From Eledone cirrhosa (taxonomy: Eukaryota), in NCBI GenBank assembly GCA_964016885.1, contig OZ024743.1, positions 303,490,001-303,554,000 on the forward strand: a stretch of 64,000 bases of DNA, given 5' to 3'. Shown here in pieces: positions 41,827 through 54,604 of the stretch; position 1 is the stretch's first letter; every line of letters starts with the position of its first letter. Position numbers and translations under genes: made by a program. A model generated the notes under the pieces. The model had not been told where the DNA came from, searched no databases, and worked only from the letters and a program-made list of their open reading frames with translations.

Positions 41827-41896
41827 CAAGGGGAGTGCTAACCCCTGAGGAATACCAACAGTATGAAACATAGATCTGTCAGTTTATCTCCCTTTG
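41827..41896 (+). ncRNA. Degenerate type I hammerhead
   Basis: ctgagga atac-caaca-gtat gaaa ca-tagatc-tg tc. Distal stem I caaggggag/ctccctttg is paired; proximal stem I is mismatched. Adjacent hairpin at 41631-41713. Confidence 0.55.
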
Positions 41897-41996
41897 TTTG
41901 ATGAAAAAAGAAGTGACATAGTCAGTACTTTAAAACAGTAGCGTAAGGTCTTCACCTAATACACTATATATACATTCATATATGTATGTATATATA

Positions 41997-42100
<104 letters not shown>

Positions 42101-43487
42101 TATAGATATATATGTGTGTGTGTATTTATATGATTGTTACAGAACCTATCCTACATTCGAAGAGAATTATTCCAATCCAATGCTATACAAAAATATCTAT
42201 AAGTGTTTGCGTAGTTGCTTCAAGTGAACAATTGAAAGAAAATGTTCATATCTGTGTCATATAAATATGTGAGTGAGTGCGTGTTTCTTGCGTTCGGTAT
42301 GCAAGAGTGGGAGAGTGAATTTATATTTTGTGTGTTTTTGTATATTTGTTTATGTATGTATATTCCAAATACAAAACTTAGCATATCATGTTATAATTTA
42401 ATCACCATCATATTATATCATTATTTGTTACAAGTGTCGATGAAACAAAGCACGAGTATCGTACTGGGATCGATTTAATCGACCCCACCCCCACAAAAAA
42501 CAGAAATGCTGGCCTTGTACCTATAGTAGAAATCATTATGTGTTACTAGTATTTATTTCGTATTTTAGAAATTTTGTACTAAAAGATATTATATCTAATC
42601 GTTTACACTTTCTTCCAATATATGCACAGTTAAAATATCAATAGTTTAAGCAAAATTATGAAACTGCCGTAACTTATGTTTCATAGAATATTAGAATTAA
42701 AAACAAAGACATTCATGAGAATTTCTATTTGCGATTATATATTACTTATAACTCAATCTAATGACAGGAAATGTGTGATGGTCTAGGTTTCATGGATAAG
42801 TGCAAGCCATTTAAAAATATGTTAATATTTAAATTCATTTGGGAAGAGGAGCTATTTGACAATTTTAAACGAGTCTTACATTTGTGACGAAGATTTGATA
42901 TGTTGGCTCTCACTTCTTAACCTGGGTAGAAAAATATCAAAATCATTGTGAACGGAATAATGTCTTGAAATTAATTTTATGTAGACAGTTCTCTCTATTC
43001 AGTGGATCCTCGTAGGTGACTAAAAACATCAGTTTGATACGAATTATGGGAAATTATTAACAATCGTCAAGAATCCATGGCAAATGTAATATATCGCTAG
43101 CTGGCATAATTTACAATAAAAAGCATTGATATATTTGCAATACAATTATCATTGCACAGTATGGAAATTAATACAGTTATATGATACCCACCAGAGAACA
43201 CTTTACTCTACTCATATTAATAATATGAACAGTATAACTTCCTTGTTTATTATCTCAAATTACTCAGTGACAATGATATTAGCGTTTTCAATGGAGACAT
43301 GTCAGATGTAGTAGTTGCAGCAACTGTATAAAATATTTAATTAAATTAAGTTTGTATTGAAAAAAAATTACAGTTCAGAAAAATATCTTTGTGGCAGAAA
43401 AAGCTGCGTTCTACCATGAGAAACTAAACGTTATTCATTCTCCAGTTAGTATGATTACAATGGTTAAGAACATTATATAAGAATAAT

Positions 43488-43790
43488 TGTTTCTACTGTT
43501 GGCACAAGGGCAGCAATTACCCAGTGTATTACTGGTACTTTATTTTATCGACCCCGTAAAGATGAAAGGCAAAGTTAATCTCGGCGGGATTTGAACTCAG
43601 AATGGCAAGGGCCGCAACACAATGCGTCAAAGCATGGCGTCCGACCCTATAAGAATAATTGTTTCTACTTTAGGCACAAGGCCAGCAATTACCCAGTGCA
43701 TTACTGGTACTTTATTTTATCGACCCCGTAAGGATGAAAGGCAAAGTCAACCTCGGCGGGATTTTAACTCAGATCGTAAATGGACGTAAC
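43488..43790 (-). mobile_element. Two tandem 5'-truncated copies of the tRNA-derived SINE
   Basis: Both are reverse complements of 18621-18838. tataagaataat occurs at 43476, 43648 and 43791. Confidence 0.85.
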
Positions 43791-44237
43791 TATAAGAATA
43801 ATGACAGATAAAGATATTATAAATAGTATGAATGAAATAAAAAATACGAATCATGATCTTCCTCATATTAAATTTAGTTAATCCTATACGCGGACATTCA
43901 AGACGTATCAACAAGTAATTGAAAACAATGACTACAATTTCATAGTTTTTCATGAGAAGAACGTGAGAAAATGACTCGGCTCCAGTTTCATAATTTTTGT
44001 TAGGCAATTTTCATATTCCCCCATCATTACTTTAAGATTATTTCGGAAGAGAAAAGATACTAAATCCGAGTGTGTATTAGTGATTCAGAGGTCTCGGGGT
44101 TCCATATTCAGGATCGCAATGGTATTAATGTTGGCGCATTGGCCAAATAATATCGCACATGTGCTATTAGAATAGTGTGGGTGTGATATATATACATACA
44201 CACACACACACACATAAACACACACACACACACATAA

Positions 44238-44274
<37 letters not shown>

Positions 44275-44282
44275 CATACACA

Positions 44283-44349
<67 letters not shown>

Positions 44350-44352
<3 letters not shown>

Positions 44353-44625
44353 TGTTATTGTCAGCATTGTTGAAATATTCACCACCAAGTTTCCCATCAA
44401 ACATACTACCGACTCCGGGTCCGTCGCTCTACATGATTTCAGACTGAACATCTCTGATAACGGATTTCTACCACAAAGCGGCGGCCAGCAGAGACTTGTT
44501 TGTTCATTACAAATATGTCCTCCCCAAAAGCTCTAAAAATGGGTACATCTTCAACGAAATGGTTCGCATACACAACGAAGTCATAAGCAGAGTAGGACGG
44601 ATAGAGAAATGACTTCTCCGAATGA
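44350..44625 (+). mobile_element. Penelope-like RT fragment
   Basis: DFRLNI and RDLFVHYK..LP...K.GYI.NE..RI, similar to 33130-33280. Confidence 0.65.
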
Positions 44626-44845
44626 ACATGTATATGAAACATTTTTTTTCTTCCCATCTTTATTTCATTTTCATTGCCTTGATCGTTACTATTACTATTA
44701 TCACCATTTGTACAAATATGCACTTTAACAATATCCGCAATTGACAATGCATTTAATACGGAAACCGGTATTGTATATAAATTAATGTTTTGATATATCA
44801 CTGAAAATAATATATTCAACATTTTCTACTGAAATAATCGTTTTC

Positions 44846-44961
<116 letters not shown>

Positions 44962-45819
44962 CTAAGATGCTTCCATAGGCGGTAAAATAACAATAGATAA
45001 CAAGTTAAGATTTACAACATGATATAACCCTACGAACGTTTCAATGTTGGATCGTAGCTTGTGGCTCCGTAAATATACTTTGGGCCAGTGCGTGGTACCA
45101 GATATCGCAGGAGCATAGATGTCGTTGTAATCATTGCATGGAACTTGATTCCGAATAATGCCATTGCTTCATACTTAAACATGAACAACGCAGTCGTGGC
45201 ATTTTACTCCTCCTAGGTACTTGCCTAAGGCCAGAAATACCATGCATCGCAGACAATAGCACATATCAGCCAATGCCTGTTCTTGAAACTTGTTTTAAGC
45301 GAGGAAAGGTTTTCTACGGAGTCAATCCTAATCTCTGAACATTCAAATGTATTTGCCCCAAAATAAGGACTGGTTTATATCATTGGATGCTAACTAAGAC
45401 GGAGGTTTTTTTAGAGTGATCTTCTAGAGAAATGTCGTAATGAAGACTGGGCGTCTCTTGCACCACAAACAATACGAAAACATTAAAACGGAAAAAAAAT
45501 GATGGGATGGCTGTTAAATCTGCTGAGTGATTCCGCCATTTGACACGTCTTGTGTTTTGTTGCGCAGGGTGTCTAAAATCACCGCCCAGAATACGCAGGC
45601 TCGCTGGGGTTTTCGGTTTATTTGCGGACAACCCGGCAATGCACAAATTGTATTGGGTTACATGTTACCAGTAGTGCTAAAGAGTGACCTAACATAAATA
45701 TACATACATACATACATGATGATGGCTGCCCCCTCGTTATCGAGTATGGCCATTGCACAAGAAAAAAAAAAATAAAAACAAAAAAAAAAAATAATGATAA
45801 TAATAAATAAATTAAAACA

Positions 45820-45864
<45 letters not shown>

Positions 45865-46436
45865 CATACATATATACATACACACATACATACACATACA
45901 CACACACATATACACATATACATTAATAACAATAATAATAATAATAATAATAGCAATAATAATAATAACGACAACAACAATAGTAATATACATATTCATA
46001 TATATATACACACACACGCACGCACATAAGCATATCTACACACACAAACACACACACACACACGATAGCAACTAACAGTGCTGCGATCGAATGTGGCTTT
46101 TTAGCCCAGCCAATGATCTAAAATGTCTTGCACAGAGTCGGCAACCAAAACATTCACTGGGAATAGTCGGCTGTGGTTGGAGTTCGTGTACTTTTGCATG
46201 TCGCTTGAGCCCTCCTGCTGATTTTCATTCTCTACCACATGTTTGGCAAGTATGATGAGTAGCATCTCCAACAGCAGCCTGGTAATCAACCACTGGTCTT
46301 ACTTTATGACTGCGAAGATGACTTTCGAGTCCAGCTTTGCTTAGGCAGAGTCTCGTACAGACGCTGCATGTCAGCACCATAGGAGGACCCACGCCGTCTG
46401 GAAATGCAACAGCAATGCCCTTCCTTACGTCCCGCT

Positions 46437-48704
46437 TTACTTTCTCGTGTGCGATTCGAGATGCCTCAAAGGCACTTTTCCCTCATATACAGTCTTTCTC
46501 CATTTATTACGATCAGCAGCAATATTTTCCCATGTACCAGCAGAGATGTTAGCGTCTTTCAGAGAGGCTTTCAAGGAATTCTTATACCTCTTTTTTGGTT
46601 TATGTGGCGGTCGTTTTCCTTTAACCAACTCTCCATAGAAGAGTTGTTTTGGTATTCTAGAATCCTTCATCATGGCAAGCTGACCACTCCAACGGAGTCG
46701 TTGCTGAAGCACAAGAGCTTCTATACTGTCAATCATAGAGCTTTCCAAAATCTCGACATCACTGATGTGGTCCCTCCAGTGAACGCCATGGATCCGTCTG
46801 AGACACATCTGATGGAAACGCTCCAATTGCTTAAGGTGGCGTCGATATGTGACCCACATCTCGCAGGCATAAAGAAGAAAAGAGAGTACACATGCCCTGT
46901 ACACCTTTACCTTTGTCCTCCTGCATATGTCTCGCCGACCCCAGAGTCGCCTTTCTAGCTTTCCGAAAGCATCACTTGCTTTCCTAATCCTAAATGAGAT
47001 TTCACCGTCAAGGTTGCCATATCGATTGACAATGCTTCCCAGGTAGACAAACTGATCAACTACTCCAAGTCGTCTGCCATACACATAGATGTTTGGTTCA
47101 ATGTACTGCTTACCAGGGGCAGGTTGGTACATGACGACGGTTTTCTTGAGACTGACAGTCAAACCCAGGGCAGTGCAAGCGTCAGAAAATGCATTCAAAA
47201 TGTGCTGCATATCACTCTCTGTGTGCGCTACAAGATCGCAATCATCTGCATACAAGAGGTCTCTTATGACTGATGTAATTACTTTTGTCTTCGCAGCAAA
47301 GCGCCTGATGTTAAATATGCTGCCTGAGGTTCGATATCGGATGTAAACACCATGCTCGCAATTCCTGAATGCAATACAGAAAACCATTGCAAAGTATATG
47401 GCAAACAGGGTCGGTGCCGGAATATCCCCCTGTTTCACTCCATTTTTTACTGAGATAGGCTCCGACATGTTACCTCCGACATTAACCCAAGCCTTCATGT
47501 CGTCATGGAAAGACCTAACTAAAGCAAGGAACTTATCAGGGCAACCAAGTTTCTGGAGAACCTTCCATAATGCATCTCTGTTGACAGTATCGAAAGCCTT
47601 TGTCAGATCGACAAAAACCTGATACAGATCCAAGCCCTGTTCAATGCACTTCTCCTGCAGCTGTCTAGCTGAGAAGATCATATCAGTAGTGCCGCGTCCA
47701 GCACGAAAACCAGATTGACTTTCAGGAAGGACACAATCTGCAATGTGTGTCAGCAGACGGTCCAGAAGCACCCTACATAAAACTTTCCCTACGACAGAAA
47801 GCAATGATATACCTCTGTAGTTCCCACAATCATTCCTGTTACCCTTTCCCTTGTACAAGACCACCATTACTGCATCTCTCCAGACCTCAGGCACGGATTC
47901 ATTAGCCCATATCCCTCCAAACAGAGAGTGAAGATGTTGCAGGAGTTTCTCACCACCATATTGTAGGAGCTCATCATGTATGCCATCCATACCTGGAGAT
48001 CTTCCACTGTTCAGCTTCGAAATAGCCACTGCAACCTCCACAAGCGTCGGAGGTTCTGCGAGAGCTACTTTCACAGGACTTTCCGGAATGAGACTGAGGA
48101 AATCTTCACCGACGACAGACGGCTGATTCAAAAGATCATCAAAGTGCTCTCGCCACCTTCGTAGAATTCCCTGTGAGTCACGAAGAAATTCTTTGCCATC
48201 CTTGCTGCGAATCGGTGTCACCAGAGAAGAAGACGGTCCATAAACCTCAAGCAAGAGACTGTACAACAGCTTTGTGTTATTGCAATCAGACGCAGTTTGT
48301 ATCTCACCAGCCTTCTCACTCCACCACTGATCCTTCATCTGAGAAAGACTCCGCCTAACACGTGATTTTACATCCCTGATCTCCTCATGCAACGTATTCC
48401 TCTCCTGTGGTTTTGCCGTCAAGTAGTGTGACAGAGCACGCCTCTTATCAGCCAACAAGTCTTCTATATGTACATTATTCTTATTAAACCAGTCCTGATG
48501 TTTTCTCTGTACCAATCCCAGAACACGTCTGCCTACATCATAAACCGACTTTTTAAGGGTCGGCCAATCCTCACCAAGATCTGCAGCCTGCATCTCTTCT
48601 TCCAATGTCCTCTTCACATTTGTATCCTTAAGACGAGCAGCATTCAATCTTTTGGGCAGGGTAACACCAGGAGCCCGGATTTTACGTTTGGTGATTAGAT
48701 TCAC
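46437..48704 (-). pseudogene. RTE reverse transcriptase part (755 aa, out of frame with the APE part)
   Basis: ORF track; complete set of RT motifs. Confidence 0.88.
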
Positions 48705-48707
48705 TTT

Positions 48708-49530
48708 TTAGCGTACCAGGCGGTGGTCCGTCCAGAACTCAGCTCCACGAAGAACACGAACACACTGCACATCCTGTCTGTCACGCATCCTGACTAGGAC
48801 GTAGCCCAAAAAATGCCATTCCTTAGATGCAGGATGCATCCATGTGGTCTTGAATTTGTTCTTCTGTTGGAACATGGTGCTGGTAACACACAGATCCAGC
48901 TCCTCACACATCTGCAGCAAGAGCATACCATTGCTGTTACACTTTCCCACCCCATGCCTTCCGATTACATTCCATGTGTTAAAATCCCTACCCACTATAG
49001 CATTAAAGTCACCAAGCACGATGACTTTGTCTGCCTGAGGGATATTTCTTAGAACACCTTTCAAGGCATGGTAAAAGGACAGTTTTTCTTCATCGACAGA
49101 ATTCATAGTTGGAGCATACACACTCACCAGGGTAGCATATCTTCCCTTGTCCAGCGGAACTATCATGGACATAAGACGTTCACTAATCCCTACTGGGAAT
49201 TCTTCTAATGTATTCACCAGTACAGTCTTAACAGCAAATCCTACCGCAGCCTCTCTTCTGGTTCCTTCATCTCTTCCTTTCCAGAAGAATATATATTCTC
49301 CACAAAATTCCGTAAGATGACCATCTCCAGCTAACCTCGTCTCAGATAAAGCCACGATGTCAAGATCGTAACGTCGAAGCTCCTTTGCAACGAGAGCGGT
49401 CCTTCGTTCAGGACGCTCCAAAGAATCCCTGTCAAGCAGCGTCCGTACGTTCCAGCAGCCAAGACTAAATGCCCTGTTTGGCTCTATTACAATGGCACGA
49501 TGACGGGCGGGCCCAGGTTGTGATAACTTG
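48708..49530 (-). pseudogene. RTE apurinic-like endonuclease part
   Basis: ORF 48708-49730; the N-terminal roughly 65 aa are read-through of unrelated low-complexity DNA. Confidence 0.85.
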
Positions 49531-49864
49531 GGGCCCCTGCCCTTATTGCCAATGATCTCTTTTGTTCCAGAACCCAAATTGGCAATTATCTCGTTTACAT
49601 TGTTCGGGAACATCATTGAATTTGAAAAAAAAAATAAAAATAAAAAAAAAATAAATAAAGTAATAATAATAGTAATAATAATAATAATAATAATAATAGG
49701 GAAGAAGACGCACGAGGTGACGGAGGTCATGAAATCGCTCCCGTAAGTTTTGAATTTTTAACATATTTAAATCATTTGTGAAATAACAACTCTTAGTACA
49801 AATGCTACGTAAAGCACCCGGCTTGAGCCCCAAAAAAATTCGGACCCAAAATATATTGTTATAA

Positions 49865-50519
49865 GGCTCAAATATTCAAATATTCAACTTTGTATTGTAC
49901 ACTGTATATCCAAAAAAAAATGGCTATAAATGGAAGAAGAAGAACCCCCCCCCCCCTCCTCTCCTCTGGCTACACTATATAGGACAGCTAAACTCACCAA
50001 CACCAGAAACTAGATACACCACCCACCCCATCATCTGTGTACACTGAACACAACAGCATTTTCACCTTCACCGCCACCGCTCACTACGGCCATCATTACC
50101 ACCACTATCCCATCACCGCCGCCACCACCCCTTGACTCCTTCACTGCTGCTGCCACCGCTACAGCACCATCACTACAGTAATACGGCTCAAATATTCAAA
50201 TATTCAACTTTGTATTGTACACTGTATATCCAAAAAAAAAAAAAATAAAATGGCTATAAATGGAAGAAGAAGAACCCCCCCCCCCCCCCTCCTCTCCTCT
50301 GGCTACACTATATAGGACAGCGAAACTCACCAACACCAGAAACTAGATACACCACCCACCCCATCATCTGTGTACACTAAACACAACAGCATTTTCACCT
50401 TCACCGCCACCGCTCACTACGGCCATCATTACCACCACTATCCCATCACCGCCGCCACCACCCCCTGACTCCTTCACTGCTGCTGCCACCGCTACAGCAC
50501 CATCACTACAGTAATACGG
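49865..50519. repeat. Recent tandem duplication of about 320 bp
   Basis: ggctcaaatattcaaatattc...cagtaatac starts at 49865 and 50185. Copies differ mainly in homopolymer length. Confidence 0.9.
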
Positions 50520-50899
50520 TCGCATCACCGCCACCACTGCCTCGGTATCGACATCACCACCACCACTGTCTCAGTATCGCCAACGCCGCCAGTCTCTGCT
50601 GGCTACCACTTCCACATTATAGAATTCCTACTACTAACAAAGAGGAAGGCATCAAAATATATAGATAGACTCAAAAGAAAAAAGAAAAAACAAACAACAA
50701 AAGCAGCACAGCAACAACAGTAAAAAACGAGAATAACAGAGAAAAACAAAAACAAAAAAAGAAACCCCAAAAACGTAAAGAAAATAAGAATGAAGAGAGA
50801 AGCAGGCGGACGGACAGAGAAGAGGTGGGAAAAAGTAAAACTTAAAAAACAAAAACTAAGTCAGACATTCGAATACTACATTACAATGAAACTTATGCT

Positions 50900-53800
50900 T
50901 ATTCATTTTTGGGGCCCTTTCTGCCCGTGTGTTTGTTTGTTTATGTGTGTCCGTATACAGCGTGGTGATAATGCCACACAAGGGCCAAGTGGGATGGCGG
51001 ATCCACAGATGGCTATGTAAACATACATTCGCCAATCCTCGATAAGAGTGTTTAAATATCGAACATAAACAGTTCGAATAACGGTGAAATGGAGACTAGA
51101 ACGTCATGTGACAGACTCTCACCCAACAGATGCCCCCTGGCTCAGCAGCGGGAACCTGACTGTCAACCAAATACTGCTGATGTTGGAGGAAGAAGAAGAA
51201 GGAAAGGGGCCAGAACCAACTGGACGAAAGAATTGAATAGAACTGTTATGCAATGCTACCTGAAAAGTAACCCCAAGGAGAGGGGCTACAGGAGACGGAT
51301 GCATAACATCTGGAACGAGATTGGTTTATTTAAATTAGATGAACAAAAATTGGCCGGGCAGGCTCGGGTAATAAGAACTAATGGGTGGATAAGCGAGTTG
51401 GAACTGGAGGAACTGAGCAGAGAGAATGGCTTGGAGATGGCGGGTGTAGTATGCCAGACAAGCGAGCCGGTTGGAAATGAAGGTGAGGAGGTCCTGAGAA
51501 CGGAGGAACCACCCGAAGCAGACAATGATCTGAATACTGAGATAAATAATACCTGGAACAGAGAAACGGCCACTGAGGAGATGAATGCTGACGGGCTAGG
51601 ACAAGATTCGGTTGACATCCTAAATTTAGTGGTAGATGAGTTGAACAATGATAGTGGGAGACCTATGAACCTAAGATTTGTAGACAGGAAAAAGTTAAAA
51701 GAAACAACAGCTAAGGTAAACAAAGTCATCCCATACCTTGAGGCGAGGAGTCTTCACCAGTGCAACAATATCCTCAAAGCAACAGCAAATACGGTGAGGA
51801 AACTACTTGGTATAAAAGCGAGAGGAAACAACAGACAAGAAAGAGCAGAGCCGTGGTGGAAGATGCGACTGAGTGGGCAAATCGGGGAAATGAGAAATGA
51901 CATAGGAAAGCTTGAGTCACTACTGAATGGGACACTAAAAAACATAGGCACTAAAAATAGACTGGAAATAAAATACAAAACTAGGAGTAAAAAGCTAAAT
52001 ATTATCATAGAGGAATTGAAGCAACGCATTGTAGCAAAGAGTGCCAAAATCAGGCGATACGAGAACAGAGTCAGTCAGTATAAACAGAACCGCATGTTCG
52101 ACAACAACCAGAAGATGTTGTTTGGACAGCTTGAGGGGAAAGAAAGAGGCAACGACTTGATCCCTGGGGCGGAACAAGCTAAAACATTCTGGAGAGGAAT
52201 ATGGGAGCAGGATGTTAGACACAATGCCCAGGCAGGGTGGATTGAGACAGTACAGAGGGAGATCGGTGAGCAGGCACAGCAACAGACTGATTTGAGTATC
52301 ACAGTTGAAACTCTTAAGGGGCAAGCCAAAAAACTAACCAACTGGAAATCACCAGGCCCAGATGGTGTGCAGGGGTATTGGATTAAACATTTAACATCCC
52401 TCCACCCGAAGCTGACGGCCATGTTCAATGACTGCTTGGTGTCGGGTGAGGTGCCAGAGTGGTTGACAAAAGGTACCACAGTTCTGATAATGAAAGACCG
52501 AATCAAGGGTAATGATGTTACCAACTATAGACCTATCACATGTCTGCCCGTAATGTGGAAACTGTTGACGAGCATTGTGTCTGAGGAAATCTACCATCAC
52601 CTCCACACAAACAACTTGTTGCCGGACGAACAGAAAGGATGCCGAAAGAAGTCACGTGGTACAAAGGACCAGTTGCTTATTGATAAGATGGTAATGGGGA
52701 ATTGCAGGAGGAGACACACTGATCTTGCCATGGGATGGATAGACTACAGAAAGGCATTTGACATGGTGCCTCATTCCTGGATCACCAAAAGCCTGGAGAT
52801 CTTCAGGGTGGCAGATAACATCAGACAGTTGCTGGGCAGGAGTATGGGGTCCTGGGAGACAGAGTTGACATCAACTGGAGTATCCTTGGGAAGCGTGAAG
52901 ATCAAGAGAGGTATCTTCCAGGGAGATAGCCTGTCCCCTCTGTTGTTTGTCCTTGCCCTGATGCCCTTGACCATTATGCTGCGAAAAGTGAGAGCAGGAT
53001 ACAAGTTGGGAAGGGGAGAGCTTACCATCAATCACCTCCTCTTCATGGACGATCTTAAGCTCTTCGGGAAAAGTGAGAAGGAGTTGGATGTGCTTGTTGA
53101 CACTGTCCGTATTTTCAGCAGTGATATATGTATGCAGTTTGGTATTGGTAAATGTGGAGTCATTGTGATGAGGAGGGGTAGGTTGAGCAGAAGTAACGGG
53201 ATCCAGATACCAACAGGTGAGATGATAAAGGAAATTGACTCTGAGGAAGGATACAAGTATTTGGGCGTTCTGGAGGCTGATGGCATAAAGAACAAAAAAA
53301 TGAAGGAATTGTTAAGAACTGAATACATTCGGAGAGTAAGGAGCGTATTGAAGTCACATCTGAACAGCAGAAATGCCATAAGCGCAGTAAATTCCCGAGC
53401 TGTGTCTATTATTAGGTACAGTGCGGGAATTCTGAGATGGAATGTTGCTGAACAAAAAGAAATGGATAGGAAGACTAGGAAGCTATTGACTATCTACAAC
53501 ATGTTCCACAAGAGGAGTGATGTCGATAGACTCTACCTAAGGAGATCTGAGGGTGGAAGAGGTCTTATCAGCATAGAGGACTGTGTTCAGATGGAGAAAA
53601 ACAACCTATACAAATACGTGACCTATAGTAAGGAGCCAATGCTCAGAGCTGTACTGAAGGAGGGGACAGTAGGCCAGGGGATACCCAAGGAGGAAATAAC
53701 ATCAAGGAGGAAGAGCAGCCTTAAGGGAAAATCCCTTCATAGTACCTTCTTTGAGAAAACTGAATTTAGAGATCCACAGACATGGAACTGGTTGAGAAGA

Positions 53801-54567
53801 GGAGACCTCAAAAAGGCTACAGAAGGAATGCTAATGGCTGCGCAGGAGCAGGCCCTCAAAACGAAGTGGTTGAAGCACCATATCTACAAGGAGGAGGCTA
53901 GCCCACTGTGCAGGATCTGTGGAGAGAGAGAGGAGACTGTGGCTCACATTGTGCCCGAGTGTAAACACCTAGCCCAGACCCACTATAAGGGCTGGAGACA
54001 CGATGTGATGGGCAGGGTGATCCACTGGCACCTGTGCAAAGTAAACAATCTACCACATTCTGAGAAATGGTATGAGCATAGGCCAGAGGCGGTGATGGAG
54101 AACAGTCAGGTGAAGGTGCTGTGGGATTTTAGGATACAGACGGACAAAAAACTGGAACACAATAGACCTGACCTGGTGGTTGTGGACAAAGAAAAAAGAT
54201 CGTGCCTGATTGTGGATGTGGCCTGCCCGTTCGACACGAGAGTGCAAGAGAAGGAGAGGGAGAAAATTAACCGATACCAGGACCTAAAGTGGGAGGTGAA
54301 AAGGATTTGGAACTGCCATGAAGTCAAAGTGATCCCGATTGTCATAGGCGCACTGGGGACTATCTCCAAAGGTTTCCAGGGATGGTTAAAGAAAATCGGC
54401 CCCTTCACGCTTTTTGGAACGCTTCAAAAGGCATGCTTGCTTGGAACGGCAAGAACCCTCCGATACGTCCTGAATATCTGAGGCTGCAGGTAGTGGCTTG
54501 ATATTCAATCCAACGGACTTTCCAGTTAACCAACATCAATGACTGAGATTCAAGGAATAACAATAAC

Positions 54568-54604
<37 letters not shown>
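50900..54604 (+). mobile_element. R4/Dong-clade non-LTR retrotransposon, apparently full length
   Basis: Single long ORF, short 3' UTR, (TAA)n tail at 54557-54604. 5' boundary approximate. Confidence 0.88.
51089..54481 (+). CDS. RT plus restriction-like endonuclease polyprotein (1130 aa)
   Basis: NWKSPGPDG, NYRPITCL, WIDYRKAFD, GIFQGDSLSP, HLLFMDDLK; CCHC finger CRIC...ETVAHI...C; RHD; RPDL...D RLE motif. No stop codons. Confidence 0.93.
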   Translation: METRTSCDRLSPNRCPLAQQREPDCQPNTADVGGRRRRKGARTNWTKELNRTVMQCYLKSNPKERGYRRRMHNIWNEIGLFKLDEQKLAGQARVIRTNGWISELELEELSRENGLEMAGVVCQTSEPVGNEGEEVLRTEEPPEADNDLNTEINNTWNRETATEEMNADGLGQDSVDILNLVVDELNNDSGRPMNLRFVDRKKLKETTAKVNKVIPYLEARSLHQCNNILKATANTVRKLLGIKARGNNRQERAEPWWKMRLSGQIGEMRNDIGKLESLLNGTLKNIGTKNRLEIKYKTRSKKLNIIIEELKQRIVAKSAKIRRYENRVSQYKQNRMFDNNQKMLFGQLEGKERGNDLIPGAEQAKTFWRGIWEQDVRHNAQAGWIETVQREIGEQAQQQTDLSITVETLKGQAKKLTNWKSPGPDGVQGYWIKHLTSLHPKLTAMFNDCLVSGEVPEWLTKGTTVLIMKDRIKGNDVTNYRPITCLPVMWKLLTSIVSEEIYHHLHTNNLLPDEQKGCRKKSRGTKDQLLIDKMVMGNCRRRHTDLAMGWIDYRKAFDMVPHSWITKSLEIFRVADNIRQLLGRSMGSWETELTSTGVSLGSVKIKRGIFQGDSLSPLLFVLALMPLTIMLRKVRAGYKLGRGELTINHLLFMDDLKLFGKSEKELDVLVDTVRIFSSDICMQFGIGKCGVIVMRRGRLSRSNGIQIPTGEMIKEIDSEEGYKYLGVLEADGIKNKKMKELLRTEYIRRVRSVLKSHLNSRNAISAVNSRAVSIIRYSAGILRWNVAEQKEMDRKTRKLLTIYNMFHKRSDVDRLYLRRSEGGRGLISIEDCVQMEKNNLYKYVTYSKEPMLRAVLKEGTVGQGIPKEEITSRRKSSLKGKSLHSTFFEKTEFRDPQTWNWLRRGDLKKATEGMLMAAQEQALKTKWLKHHIYKEEASPLCRICGEREETVAHIVPECKHLAQTHYKGWRHDVMGRVIHWHLCKVNNLPHSEKWYEHRPEAVMENSQVKVLWDFRIQTDKKLEHNRPDLVVVDKEKRSCLIVDVACPFDTRVQEKEREKINRYQDLKWEVKRIWNCHEVKVIPIVIGALGTISKGFQGWLKKIGPFTLFGTLQKACLLGTARTLRYVLNI

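Larger units (their letters stand above)
45700..49530 (-). mobile_element. RTE-clade LINE (APE endonuclease, RT, C-terminal C2H2 fingers), frameshifted
   Basis: APE motifs WNVRTL, DIVALSETR, LGDFNA, TDHRLV. RT motifs NYRGISLLS, FVDLTKAFD, GVKQG, LLYADD. RTE-like terminal AILDNEG and (ATGT)n tail at about 45700-45755. Confidence 0.9.

Noticed and set aside
50910-51040. HDV-like ribozyme at the Dong 5' end (ggccctt/aagggcc pairing)
   Set aside because: No UCC-type L3 or P1.1 and no clear P2 pseudoknot.
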